DNA of 64,000 nucleotides from Paraspadella gotoi (Eukaryota > Animalia > Chaetognatha): the NCBI GenBank assembly GCA_051294375.1, contig CM119269.1, positions 17,033,143 to 17,097,142 on the forward strand. The letters are read 5' to 3'. Numbering within the stretch: position 1 is the stretch's first letter; the number at the start of each line of letters is the position of its first letter. The notes below the pieces were generated by a model that had not been told where the DNA came from, did no database searches, and saw only the letters and a program-made list of their open reading frames with translations. The translations under genes and the position numbers were made by a program. Positions 32,967 through 52,779 of this stretch are shown piece after piece.

Positions 32967-35900
32967 TCCTCAGTTCACTCGTTAAAAAAAAAGGTTGTTC
33001 TGGATTAAAATGAACATGGTTGTACGCAATTTAATAAAAAAATTCAGAATGTTGTTAAAATAAAATATCAAAATGTAATTTTAATAGACATTAGACAGTT
33101 TACGACGAAAATTAAAAGAAGTTACTCGTTTACTTTTTACTATCCTTTTGTTTTCAAACTTTCTTCTCGTTTTCCACAAAAATTTTCTGGCCCCTCGAAG
33201 CCCGGGGCCTTCAAAAGACCGCGTTGGTCCCGCAACTGCCCGACGCTTTGCGAGATCCTGGGTCTTCACGCCCTATCTCGGCCCTCCCCCCAAAAATCTT
33301 TCGCCGGGGATAACGAGAACCGCCGGACCCATGGGCGCGGGAAAATTGAGAGAAGATGCCGGGAGACCTTGGGAGGGAGAAGAAGGGGAGAGGAGAGAGA
33401 GAGAGAGAGAGATCCGCTGGGTCTTTTATCGCTTTATCGCAATTTTTAGTGAAGGAAACGAGAAAATATCGATTCTGAAGACTTGGATCTTTTTCCAGGA
33501 CAAAGATCGATGGTGCGGGCGAAGAAATATTTCGCTTTTGATCTTTTTTTTTTAAGTTTTTATATTCGAACCTTTTGAGCGTGTGTGATTTTAGTTAATT
33601 TTTTTTAAATAAGTTAAACCACCCTTAACCGAATTGTTAACCGTTTAAAAAATATAATATAAAAATAGCAATTAAATTTATAACAAATATTCGAAGAAAT
33701 AATACGAAATATGCACACAAAAAATTTTTCACTAACGAAAAATGAAGAAATGAGACGACGCTAGAGGGAAAACAAAATTCAATGGATTAACAAAACACCA
33801 ACCGGTAGAAGCGGTCATCGGTCATCGTTCATCGGTCATAGAAATTTTAAAAAATCCAGTAATCTCGTTGTTTGTTAGAGAGACTAAATTCGTGCGTGTT
33901 CCTTTTTATCGAGATACATATCCGCCCCTTTCGACTCTATCTCTCTTTCTCTCTCTCTCAACTCTATCTCTCTCTCTATTCTCGTTGGGCCTTTCTCGAG
34001 TAACCAACGAATCTGCCCCATAGACTCGTCTTCCCCACGAAGCTCTCTTTGTTCGATCAAACAAAAATATTGCACAAGTCCTCGCCCTCGTTTTTTTTGA
34101 AACTCTCTCTCTCTCTCCCTCCCCTCGCTCTCACTCTTTTTTTGAGTCAGGGCCAGGAAACTCGTTTTTTTACTCACCAATTTGAAGTCTTTCGCCGCTG
34201 ATCTCGACGAAGGACGACGTGAGTAAAATTGACGTAATTGACGGATTCGAACGCGAATTCGGCCTTGGAACGTCACCCGACGTCCGTTTCGCTAAAGGGC
34301 CCGATCTCTGACGCAAACCTTTTCGCCCATATTGATCGATCGATTGATTTTGATTGATTTTTTTTGATCGAATATTTAAACTTTTGAGATGCTCTTTTTT
34401 TTTTCTCCAAGTTTCGTCACGAAAGAGTTCAAAGATTCGTGATTAATTATCACCATGAGCGGTTAATCCTTTCGTTTTTTCTTCTTTGTTTTACAGTCGA
34501 TCCCCTGCCCCTCCCTTCACCTCCATTCTCTGCTTCTCGATCTCTTCTTTTGCCTCTTTATTATTACCCACTACCCAGCCCTTGCTCCGACCCTCCCCCC
34601 TGCCCCACCCCAAGCGGCCCCATAACCATTCGCGAGATTTATTTATATCCGAAGCAGTCGTTTGCTTTTGATTCTTCTTTTTACGAGCGAGATAAAAAAA
34701 CAAACAAAATTCATTCGTTTTTGCGTTTGAAGCAACGCAGATTATATTTATTATTGTTGCAGGGAATCGATATGTCTAGTCAATTATTATTACGAGGCTT
34801 ATGCTTTTATCCAGCTATTCTTAGTGGGTAACGGTAATTATCTCAGTTTAAATAATATAGAGTTAAGCTTTCAGAAAAAAAAAAAGCTTTTCGTGCAACT
34901 TGAGACATCCCTCTGCGTAACTTAATAAGAACAGCGCTTCAAAATAAAAATTACTTTGCACGTGTTTTAGCCACGAGAGACTTTTTTACGAACTATTTTA
35001 TATATAAACTGAAAACTTTCAAACTCAACTTCTCTTTGTCGTCTTCTGTGTCATATCCGTGTCATCGAAACTGGGCGAAGAACGTCGAGGCCTCCTCCTC
35101 GTACTCGTTCCTTTTGATTGATATCGCTTTTCTTTTGTCCCTCCCCTTTTTCTTCTCTCTCTCGAATATCTTCTTTCACTACTTCGCTTTCACGTTGACG
35201 AGAAAATATTCGAGATGTGAATCTGAGAGATTGTAGAAGACGAAAAAATAATGATGGTAGAATCAGGGAGATAGTATTAAACAAATCTCTAGTTTTAAAA
35301 CATTAAACAAAATTTATCCTTGCATTTAAGAGTCTGCCTACATGTACGAATAATAATTTTAAAATTCTTGTTAGCGACATAAAAATAATTTAACTTTGAG
35401 CCCATAGAATTGGCGAATTGTAACATCGACGATGAAAATTCTTCCTAATTTCGAGATAAGGCATCCTTTATAATATATATATAAATTATATATTTCAAAT
35501 TTTATGAATTTTGGGATAAGGCATTCTTTAAAATTATATATTTCATGTTTTATGAATGACAATTGCTCCTTTCTTCTTTTTTTTCTCTCTAGAGGACTCT
35601 AGCTGTTTTGTGAAATATCTTTATCTTGGTAGAAAAACAAATGAACTTTACGCCACTAATTACACCGTGTTTGCGGCCTTGCCTTAGACTTTTCAAATAA
35701 ATAAGAGTGACATGGTCCATTAAATCTGTTTAAAAAAATGTAATTTCTAGGTTGCGTTTGTATCGATTACCACTTTTTTCGGGAAATATATTTATCCAAG
35801 TCAATACAATACAATAGAGAATTTTCTGCGATGTTATCATTATCATATTCATTATCATATTTATTATCCTCTTCTCCCTCATCTTCATCTTTCTTCCTTA

Positions 35901-36099
35901 ACAGGTAAAACTCCCTACCTCCCCCCCCCAACCCAAACCAGTAGCCCCCTTCACTCTTTTCGTGTCGCCGCCGACGAAAGCGACGGATTCTTTTTTTGGT
36001 GGCGCCCTAATTGACACTCGGCGGCGTTGTCAGCGGCGCCGCGTCTTCCTCCGGCGCCCGACCAGGTGGCGGGTTAATCACTCTGTCCGTCAAGCGGCT

Positions 36100-42440
<6,341 letters not shown>

Positions 42441-43377
42441 CCTATACACGGTTTATTAATTCTCTGTTGTCATCCCGGCGTCAAGTCATAAGTGTCATCC
42501 ATGACACCCTGTCTCTCTTCATTAGTCATCCCCCCCCACTTCCGAGTCCCGTCCCGTCGCCGTCCCCGCTCGGCAGAAGAAACACCTAAAATCGTCGAAC
42601 CCGACGAACGATTCCAAGTCGAATGGCCTCTCCCACATCTTTCCACCCCCCCCCCCGACGTAGCACCCTGTCCTAATTGCGCGACATTCGTTATTAATGG
42701 AGTCTATACTCCCGCCCCCCCCCCTCCGCCCACTCGAATCCCTCGCAGGAATCTTGTTCCGTCGGCGTTCCCATCGCGGGAGATCCTTCCCTGAGTTGTG
42801 CGGTCGAGACGTTACGGAAGATGGCGTCCGCGCGGTTGTGGGAAAAAAAAAAGGCAAAAAACAAAAGAACCGTCCCCTCGCGAGCGCGCGAGTGGTTGAA
42901 GGAGAGGACGAGGAGGGGGTTGTTGAGAATTGGGTAGTGGTGGACGAGAAAGAAAGAGATCCAGTTTTTCGTTTTCGACGTTTTAAAAGTCGTAATTGTC
43001 ACGCTTTACGAAGCGTTTTCGAAATTATGGGATTGGATTTGTATTCCATTTTCACTCTAAAAAACGATTAAAAAGTGAGTTGAGGAATCTCTCGTCGAGC
43101 AAACGTCGCCGTTTACGATGAAAACGAGATGTTTCTGACCTTTGCATCGTGATTCCGACTCGATGTCACGTGATTCCTACTCAATGTCGCAGTGATTGAG
43201 AGTCCTCCGACTATGTTCTAACTTATGGAAGGTGATTTTAATTTCAAATTTGAAATTAACGTTTCAAGAGATCGATTTTTTTATTTTGGTTCCATTCGAC
43301 GTAACATCGCGATTATCTGAGATAAATCCCGCACCTTTTCATGACTAAATTTTTCTTTTGACCCTTGCTTTGTTTAT

Positions 43378-44102
43378 TTACTTTCCCGCTTTCCTTTCTT
43401 TTTCCTTTTCGTTACTCAACTCCGGTCCCTTCACCCGCGCCCCCGCCTTCCACCGCCCAGCTTTCAAAACTTGAAGTTGGCCGAATAGTTTGGCGGCCAA
43501 CCCGAACTTGTTGTTGATGTTATCGATCGGCCTCGCCGGCGGACCGAACCGTCCGGAACCTCTCCAACTGCCACCCGAACGGCTGCTGAAAGTCCGTCCT
43601 CCGTCCGATCTTCCATCCATAAACTTGGTTTTTGCGTCTCCGGCCAACGAGTTTTTTTCCTTCTGAAAGATGTCTGCAAAGGGTCGCGGGGATTAGGCGC
43701 GCAGCCATCGACGTTAGAAAATATCGAAACAAAAAAAGAATCGTCATGCCCACATGACGCAATCTTACCCGGAAACGGAGGATCGTAGAGGAGCAAGCGC
43801 TTGCGTTTGATCGCCCGCTGACGCGCCGCTTCTACGTCTCCCTCCAAGCATTGGAAGAGGCGTCCGATCTCGTCTCGGTACCATGCCCAGTTGTGATCGA
43901 ACTTGTGAACGCCCAGCTCGACTTTACGGATGTAGTCCGCCCTGGAAAAATAGTTGGTGTACTTAGGACATGGTTTATTATTTATCCCATATAATAGCCC
44001 ATTTAACCAGTTCTTGTCTGAGGAAACGTAGTCGACTGCGGGCTCATTGTCGCCAAGGGCTTTGGCGTTGTAGTTCTGGTTCATAATCCTGTAGCTGTCC
44101 AT
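43378..44102 (-). CDS. C20orf85/LLC1 (CIMIP1)-like ciliary protein, about 187 aa; exons 44102-44008, 43941-43769, 43673-43378
   Basis: The spliced product contains DYVSSDKNWADYIRKVELGVHKFDHNWAWY, with the VxxDxxW-x13-[WF]xxNW spacing of the LLC1 family, and later RFGPPARPIDNI. Introns are GT-AG, and an in-frame TAG lies upstream of the ATG. Confidence 0.6.
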
Positions 44103-47100
44103 CTTTTCCTATTCTCTTCCCCTTCGGTGGCGGAACGAAAGTCGAGCCTACGAAACCTGAAAGCGTTAGAAGTTTCTTTTTCACGATTTTTCAAGGATAT
44201 TCTATCATCATTCATGACAAATGAGATCAGTCGTGTTGAGTGTTTTGATGTGGTTGTGAAGTAGTTGGTTAGACTGCGTCCGTCTTTCTGTCACTCCGTC
44301 CTTCCGTCTATCCGTCTCTACGACCTCCGTCCGTCTACGTTCTACGTCTACGCTTGATGACAGAAAACGTATTTGCTTATCTCGAGGCCCCTGAATAACT
44401 ACTTTTTATTGATATGACTTATTACTTACCTAATGATAACGATACTTATCGCTCCAATATTCAATATTCATATTCAATATTCAACGGCAAAAATACATTA
44501 ACGTAAGTGTTGCTACTTTTATTAAAAAGAGTATGATTTGAATGCTTTTGAGCCATACTGTATGGCATTTAAAAAATTTGGTTTGGGAATTCGAAGCCCA
44601 TATTGATTTAAAAACTATTCTAAAAAACCGTTTCCCGCTGTATACTGTCCTTTTTTTTCATCCATTCGGAGTGACGCGTATTTTTCACGCATCGTCATCC
44701 ACGAGCGAGATGCAACAACGCCAATGAACTAATTCAAAAAGATAGCATTGAAGAAATCGATTTTAGTATAGAAGCGAAAAAAAAAAAGTTTTGAGATGAA
44801 CTTGAAGTTAATAAAAAAAGTGTTTCCAATTTTGGCGCCGCCTGAGTCTCTGGAAAATTGCTTAGTCAGGGGCACCAGCCTAGAATTATTTGAAGATAAA
44901 GGCTGGAGCAATCATTCTGGCACAGGAACCAAATTGTTTAGCTGGACTTAATAGTGGGCAAAAAACAGCAATATATATGTAACACTGGGCCTTAAAAATT
45001 TTAATACAAAGAAGTTGTTCATTGCACTCGATTTTTTTAAAGCAAATACGATTCGCTGGACAAATTTGGCGATTTTACCAATCTTTGTGAGAAAAGCAGA
45101 TTTTGAGAGTTGTTAATGATAATTGATTAAAAGTAATAAATTTATACATAGCAAAGTTGTCAAGTAAGTTATTTATCATTTTAAAAAATGAGTAAGTCTA
45201 TTGCTTACAACTATAGTAAAGTATGGCAGTGGTTTCTTGTTGCGGGGTTCATTGGGGATTTGGGCTCACAGGGTAGGAGATAAATTTTTCCCAGGATTGA
45301 GAGCATTTATCAGAGGGATACAAAAGTTCTCCAGAACGAAGCATTTATCAAGAAGGGAGAGAACTATTCGCCCAGATGAAGGGCATTAAGGTGGAATGCG
45401 AGTAAGGAGTTAAAGGTTTACCTCTCGGTATTTAGTTACTTAAGTAGCATGGACTAGAAATGAAAATATGAAACTAACTTTTTATAACTATTACAGACAC
45501 ATGTAGGGCATTTTTCCACTATTGCAAATTATAATATGGCAAAAGAGATTAAGATACATAATTTAATGTGGATTTTTTTTCTTTCTCTCTTTATGTTCCT
45601 TTCTATCCCCAAAATGTTATAATTGCCAAATGAAATGTCTTTCAATTTAAAGATAAATTAAAAAAATTATTTATATTTCATAGATTGTAAAGGTATTTTT
45701 TTTGGGCTTGCAACAAATCAAGCATTGAAAATAACTTAGCAGAAGACATGAAAAAGAGATAGTAAATTGTGAGGTAGTGAGAAAGATTTAAAGAGAAAAA
45801 AATGTGGCCCTGGGCTTCCTTGATCGCAAACAGCTCAGATTTTTGTTTAATTTGCCATAATAGTCTGGGAAGAGACAATGATTATGCTTCTAATTAAAAA
45901 AACCCAAGTTGATGAATGGGTGATAAGGTGTCAATAGTCGGGTCATCAACTAATGTATCGATTTTATTATTTAATTGTAATTAACTTTGTAGAGACCTGT
46001 TATAAATTATTCCTTATATGTCCTATCATTCACGCAGATGTTTTTAAAATATGGAGAATGAAAGAGAGTTTATGCCTGATACAAATCAAATTTTAGCCTG
46101 ACTCCTAGTGAATCTATGTCATGAGGTGAGAGAAGAGAGAACGATGTAACACGGGTATTTTTGGTTTCTCATTTGCAGTTGAATGAAATGAAAAATCAAA
46201 ACAAGATATTTTCCCATTCATTGTTTTTGGCAAAATTTTAAATGATAGGTCTTCCTTTTCCAAATTTTTATAGCGATTGGTTTTGTCGAGTTTTTAAGTT
46301 TTGTTTTCCCACATGCAAATAAGAAGTTGGTAATTGGGAGCAGAATCTTATTTTGGGAAGCAAAATTAAAACTATGAAAGTTGGTGGGTGGCTGGCAAAT
46401 TGTTGGGCTAAACTGCCAGTTTAGCACTTATTATAATTAATAATAAGGCCATTCATAGACATTTATCAAATTAGTAATTTGAAAACTTTGAGTCTTTCCC
46501 CACACAATATTTTCATTTTATCTTCAAACCGATCTGATGAAGTTTCGTTGATGAGCTACTGGTAGATGAGGTTAAATCCAGCGATATAGCCCATTTCCTG
46601 TGAGAAAGCATTTAATAGACGATTGGGCGACTTATTTTCTTTTCTGCTAGTAGAGATGGCATCCAAAACATCTCCCGTTTCTTGACATGGGATTCACATA
46701 ATATATGTTTGTTATTGATAAAGAACGTTTAGGAGTAGTGATCACCAGGGAAAAAAAAACTAAAAACATGGATCCAAAAACACGCAGGACGTTTCTGATT
46801 GAATCTAAAAACAGGACTGAAAAGTATTTCTCGTTTCCCTCACTTAGAATGCGACTTATTAAAATATGGTGAAAAATTGACTGGACAGAAGAAAAAATTT
46901 GAGGGAATGCCGGGTGAGAGAGAGACGAAGTCATTAGCATTGTTTCTCATTTTTAGAAGAATGCTTCATTCAACAGAAAAGAGAGAGAGAAAGAGAAGAG
47001 AGAGAGAAAAAGAATATAATTTGTTTAAATAAATCAAATCAAATAAGAGTCTGCCATTTACCTATAAAATTAAATTTTTAATGGAGTTTTGATTTGTTAA

Positions 47101-47909
47101 ATTTGATTGGTTACTAACAAAGAACTCTTGCGCTCCGCGCATGCAACAGACGATTGGAAAGATGGGAAGAAAAAAGCAAAGATATGGAGAGATATAGTAT
47201 AAAAAAGAGAGTAAGGAGAAAGAAATGGATATTGAGCTCACGGGGGAGGTAGAAAGGCAAATTATGGGAATGGCATTTCAAACTTGGGGGGAAAAAAAAT
47301 TTAAGTCTTAAACGAGGGTTAGGAAAGTGGGCAGTTTATGATAGCAAAAAGGAGAAGAAAAAGAGCAAGGGGAGTGAGATTAAGCGCAAAAGAATAGAGA
47401 GGAGATATGCCACGTTAAGTAAGAGAGAGAGAAAGAGAGAGAAAAAGAGGCAAAATATTAAGAGAGAATTTCAAGTATTATTTGCCCCGGTTGATGAGTT
47501 TGGCTTTCTTTTGCTTTGTTTCAGGTCACTTTCTTACTTTTTAACTGTTGTTACTCTTGGTTGATATTGTTTAAAAATCTTAGTGCAATTGTTATGGTGC
47601 GAAAAATATTCATTCGCAAATAACTTTTTAGCCTAAAAAAATCTTAAAAATACAAGGGATTAGGGGGGGAGGGGGGAGGGAGGGGATGAGGATTTTTTTC
47701 AAAGGTCACGTGACCGATATTTGGAACTCAAAATCACATGCTCGCGATTTGCCTATTTTTTTTATTTGAATTGGAGAAAAATGCGTGTGATGCCCGGATA
47801 TTTTAATAATACATTGCTGTTGTGAAATGAAAGAGCAGTAGCAAAGGGGTGGCAAACAAAAATAATCGGGAGGGTAAAAGATTTTGGAAAGAAATTGATA
47901 CGACAGAGA

Positions 47910-48535
47910 TCTGCCTTATTGAGCATTTATGCATGAAAGGATACAACTTTTCCCCAGATTGAGCATTTCTCAAGAAGGAGAACAACTTTTGCCTAAAGGG
48001 TAGCAAATATGCAAGGAAAGACAAATTGTTTACCCTTATTGAGCATTTTCTCAAGAAAGGAGATAACTTTTGCCCAAAGTGTAGCAATGATCAAAAGAGA
48101 CAAACTTTTTTCCCCTTATTGAGGCATTTTTTATGAAGCGAGACAACTTTTCCCTGGATATGAACATTTATCAAGAAGGAAAAATACTTTTGCCCAAGAT
48201 GTAGCATTTATCAAGGAGACAACTTTTCGCCTAGATTGAGCAGATGTAGCATGTTATCCAAGAAGGAGACAACTTTTCCGCCTAGATGTAGCATTTATGC
48301 AAGGAGACAAACTTTTTCTCCAGATTAAGCATTTTGCAAGAAGGAAAAACTTTTCTCCAAGAGTGAGAATTTTTTAACAAGGAGATAACTTTTTCGCCCA
48401 GAATTGAGGCATTTAGCAAGGAGACAAACTTTTTCAACCAAGATTTAGTATTTTCTCAAGAACACAGACAACCTTTCCTCAATTGAGAATTTTTCAAGAA
48501 GAGACAACTTTTTCGCGCAGCATTGAGCATTTTTC
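47910..48535. repeat. About 38-bp tandem repeat; related units at 45280-45390
   Basis: Recurring unit GAGCATTTATCAAGAAGGAGACAACTTTTCGCCCAGATT with indels. Confidence 0.8.
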
Positions 48536-48634
48536 AAAAAAGGTTTAAGGGTGAAGTGTCCAGGGTTAACATTAGGGATAAAGAGGCTTTAGAGTTAGAA
48601 TTAGGTAAAGGATTTGATATTGGCTTTACAGATG

Positions 48635-50897
48635 TATTCCTGTGCAAAATTTATTCCTGTGCAAATTTATTCCTGTGCAAATTCATTCCGGTGCAAATTC
48701 AGTCCTGGTGGCAAATTGCATTCCTGTGTAAATCAATCCTTTGCAAAATTCATTCTTGTGCAAATTCAATCCGTGTGCAAATTCAAGTCCTGGAGCAAAT
48801 TCAGTTCTATGAGCTAATTCATCCCGTGAGAAAATCATTCCTGTGCAAATTTATTCGCTGTTGGCAAATTCATTCCTGTGCAAATTCATTCCTGTAAGCA
48901 AATTCAAATCCTGGTGCAATTCTTTATGTTAGCAACAAATCTATGCCCCTGTGCAAATTCAATTCCTAGTGCAAATTTTTTCATGATGTTATGATTCATC
49001 CTGTGCCAATTCATTTCTGTGCAAATTCTTGCCTGTGCAAAATTCATTCCTGTGCAAATTCATTCCTAGTGCAGAATTCCAAACCCTGTGCAAATTCATG
49101 TCCTGTGCAAATTGCAGTTCCTGTGCAAATTTAATTCCTGTGCGGCAAATTCCATTCCTTGTGCAAAAATTGCATTCCCTGTGCAAATTTAATTCCTGTG
49201 CAAATTCCATTCCTGTGCAAATGCCCAGCCCTGGTGCAAATTCATTCCTGGTGCAAAATTTATTGCGCTGTGCAAATTCATTCCTGTGCAAATTCCAACC
49301 GCTAGTGCAAATTCAATTCCTGTGCAAATTCATTCCTGTACAAATTTATTCCTTGGGCAAATTCATATCCTTTGTGCAAATTTATTCCTGTGCAAATATT
49401 CCTGTGCAAATTCATTCCTGTGCAAATTCATTAACTGTGCAAATTCATTCCTGTGCAAATTAATTCCTGTGCAAAATTTCATTCCTGGCAAATTCAATTC
49501 CTGTGCAAATTGAAATCCGGTGCAAATTTCACTTTGCTGTAACAATTTAATCCTGTGCAAAATTCATTCCCTGTGCAAATTCAATCCTGTGCAAATTCAT
49601 GTCTAGTGCAATTTATTCAGTGCACAATTTATTCCTGTGCAAATTTATTCCTGTGGCAAATTTATTTCCGCTGCAAATTAATTCCTGTGCAACTTCATTC
49701 CCTGTGGCAAATTCATTGCCTGTGGCAAATTCATTCCTGTGCAAATTCTTTCCTGTGCAAATTCATTTCCTAGTGCAAATTCAATCTGTGGGCAAATTCA
49801 TTCCTGTGCAAATTCATCCTTTGCAAATTCATTCTTGTGCAAATCAATCCTGTGCAAATTCAATCCTGAAGCGAAATTCATTCTTGAGCTAATTCATCCC
49901 TGAGAAATTCGATTCCTGTGCAAATTTGTTCATGGTGCATATTCATTTCCTATGCCAATTTTTGCCTGTGTGCAAAAATTTATTCCTGTTGCATATCATT
50001 CCTGTGGCAGAATTCATTCCTGTTACGAAATTCAATCCTGTGCAAATTCCTTCTGTTTTAAAATGTTATCCCTTTGCAAATTAATTCCTGTGAAAACTTG
50101 TTCTTTTAAAAAAATGTATTCCTGTGCAAATCTAGTCCGCTGTGCGAAATTCATTCCTTGTGCAAATTTTTCAATGTTGTAATATTCAATCCTGTGCCAA
50201 TTCATTCCTGTGCAAATTTATTCCTGTGCAAAATTAATTCCTGTGCAATTCAGTCCTGTGCAAAATTCATTCCTGTGCAAATTTCAACCCTGTGGCAAAT
50301 TCCATTCCGTGGCAAATATCATTCCTGTGCAGATTTATTCCTGGTGGCAAATTCCATTCATGTGCAAATTCATTCATTGTGCAAATTGAATTCCTGTGCA
50401 AATTCATTCCTGTGCAAAGTTCAATTCCTGTGCAATTTCAACGCCTGTGAAATTCATTCCTGTGTAGATTTATTCCTGTGGCAAATTCATTCCTGTGCAA
50501 ATTCCATCATGTACAAATTCATCCTGTGCGAAATTCATTCCTGTGGCAAAAGTTCATTACTGTGCAAATATTAACTCAATGTGCAAATTCCATGTTTGTC
50601 ACAAATTTTAATCCTGTGCAAATTCATTGTGCCGCTGTGCAAATCCATTCCTGTGCAAATTCATTCTGTGCCAGAAATTTTATTCGCAAGTGCAAATTTA
50701 TTCCTGTTCAAATTTTATTCCTGTGGCAATTTATTACTATGAAGAATCTATTCTATGCAAATTCATATCATGTGGCAAACTTATTCATGTTCATATTAAA
50801 TCCTGTGCAAATTCATATTTGTGCAAATTCATGTTCTGTGCAAAATTCGTTCCCTGTGCAAATTCTTGCCTTTTCAGAATGTAATTTCTGCGCAAAA
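48635..50897. repeat. About 16-bp satellite array (CCTGTGCAAATTCATT)n, roughly 2.3 kb
   Basis: More than a hundred imperfect units. The array explains the spurious Cys-rich ORFs in this interval. Confidence 0.92.
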
Positions 50898-50939
50898 TTT
50901 ATAACTAAGTGATAGGATTATTTTTGTTAGTGTGAAAAA

Positions 50940-51190
50940 ATTAAGTTAGGGAGGTTAGGGTTAAGGAGTGAGGTTAGGGATGCATAGGTCGATAATTAAG
51001 TTACAAAATTATGTAGGTTACGGTTAAAGGTTAGGAACTAGGGTTAAGGGGTTAGGGGTCAGGGAATTAACATTAAGGAATAAGGCTTAGGGTTAAGGTC
51101 CAGAATTAGGTTAAGAATAGTATTAGGGTTTAGGGATTGAGGGTTTATGGGATTAGGTTATAAGTTTAAAAAATATGTTAAGGTTAAAAT
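50940..51190 (+). repeat. Degenerate TTAGGG/TTAAGG-like tract; similar tracts at about 16030, 16810-16945, 31475-31615, 48541-48615 and 61080-61140
   Basis: Runs of GGTTAGGG and GGTTAAGG variants. Confidence 0.6.
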
Positions 51191-52779
51191 ATTTGAAAAA
51201 TTGCAGAATTGTAAATTAAATTAAATCAAACTGAAAACAACTAAACTCAGCTAACCACAAGTTAAAAGTAGTTGTTTAGTTGGTATTGGTAACGAGCATT
51301 CTTTTTTGAAGTTTGAAGGTACTTGTTCTAACCCTGTAGCGATATTTTTATAGCTGGTAGGCTAAACTTTGATCCCGCGGTAAGTATTTTTTTTAAAATT
51401 TAAGCAAAAAAATAGCAAAAAATAATAAATAGAAAATAAATGATGATGATTATTAAGAAAGTCGGTATACATGAGAATATAAAAATAAATATTTGAAAAC
51501 GCAAAAAGTAGAATCGATAGAATTTCTTGGATAAGTTTTTAAACTCAAGCGTAATTCAGTAAAGCCTTATGGATTGTGTTAATAAGGTTTAAAAATATAT
51601 TAAGGTTAAAATATTAGGTATAGAAACAATGGTGTATAAGCTAGTAACTTGGTAAACGAGGCATTCCTTTTATCCTGAAGTTTAAGCTGGTTTTCAATTC
51701 TGTCATAATAATTTTTTTTAAAATTTAAGAAAAAGTAAATGTAATGATATTTTAAGAAGAGCGCTAATAATAATTATAGATAATGGCAATATGTATAACA
51801 TGCGAATTAAATTCAATTAAAAGAATAAAAAAGATAAAAATTTCTTAGATTAAATCCAAGCGTATTCAGTAAAAGTTAGTATTCTTTAATGAAAACATTT
51901 AGAAAAGTTGAAAAGAGCAATAAAAATAACAGTGAAATTAACAGTAATATGTTTTACAAAAGGTTTTTTAACAAACTGAAAGTATTATCCAGAATATTAT
52001 CATTAATAAAATTAATTACCAAACATAATGGTACGCATTATGATTATTCGTTTACGCCTATTAATAAAATCATCATTCAAGTATAAAAAACTTTCAAAAA
52101 AAATAGAAAAAACCGCAAATGTTATCATTTTTAAATAGAGTTTGTATTCTTTGATGCTGACGTTTTTTTGGTCTTCAGAATAATAATTGGTCAAAATAGG
52201 GGCGCCAAAAAATATGCTAAAAACTATTAAAAAGTTTCTCTTTTTCATACAAACTCAAAATTTTAAATTGAAATCATCATTCAAAATATAAAACTTTAAA
52301 AAAAGACATAAAAACGCCAAACGTATATACTTTTATATAGTGTTTGTTATTTCATTTTGATGCTGACCGTTTTGGTCTTTCAAGAATATATTGTCAAAAA
52401 TAGGGCGCCAAAAATATTCCTTAAAAAACTATTAAAATAGTTTCTGCTTTCATATCAAACTAAAAATTTAAATGGATGGATCAAATTTGTACTTTTTTCG
52501 TAGCCAATAAAAAACTATCGTCACTCAGTATCCAAAATTGCAGGACGCATAAGGAAGGTCTGCGTCACACTCTGTCGGCAGCAACGGTCAACGAGAATGT
52601 CGCGAATCAAAAAGTGACATGCGCGCAAAGCGTGTCACAGTCCCGGTCACATCAGAACGAAGATTTTGGTGTGACCGGGTGCAAGCAATAAGAAGAAGAT
52701 ATTATGTGACATGTCACTCACGTCACATGCTTCACGAGCCAATCAAGAGTCGCGCGCATCAATAAGGAAGAAAAATAAT

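Noticed and set aside
46530-46570. CTGATGA core and a DEVSLM peptide suggestive of a hammerhead or PIF1 helicase motif II
   Set aside because: No supporting stems and no extended reading frame.
48523-50912. Cys-rich ORFs or a CRISPR-like array
   Set aside because: These are translations of a 16-bp satellite with no unique spacers and no cas genes, in a eukaryotic context.
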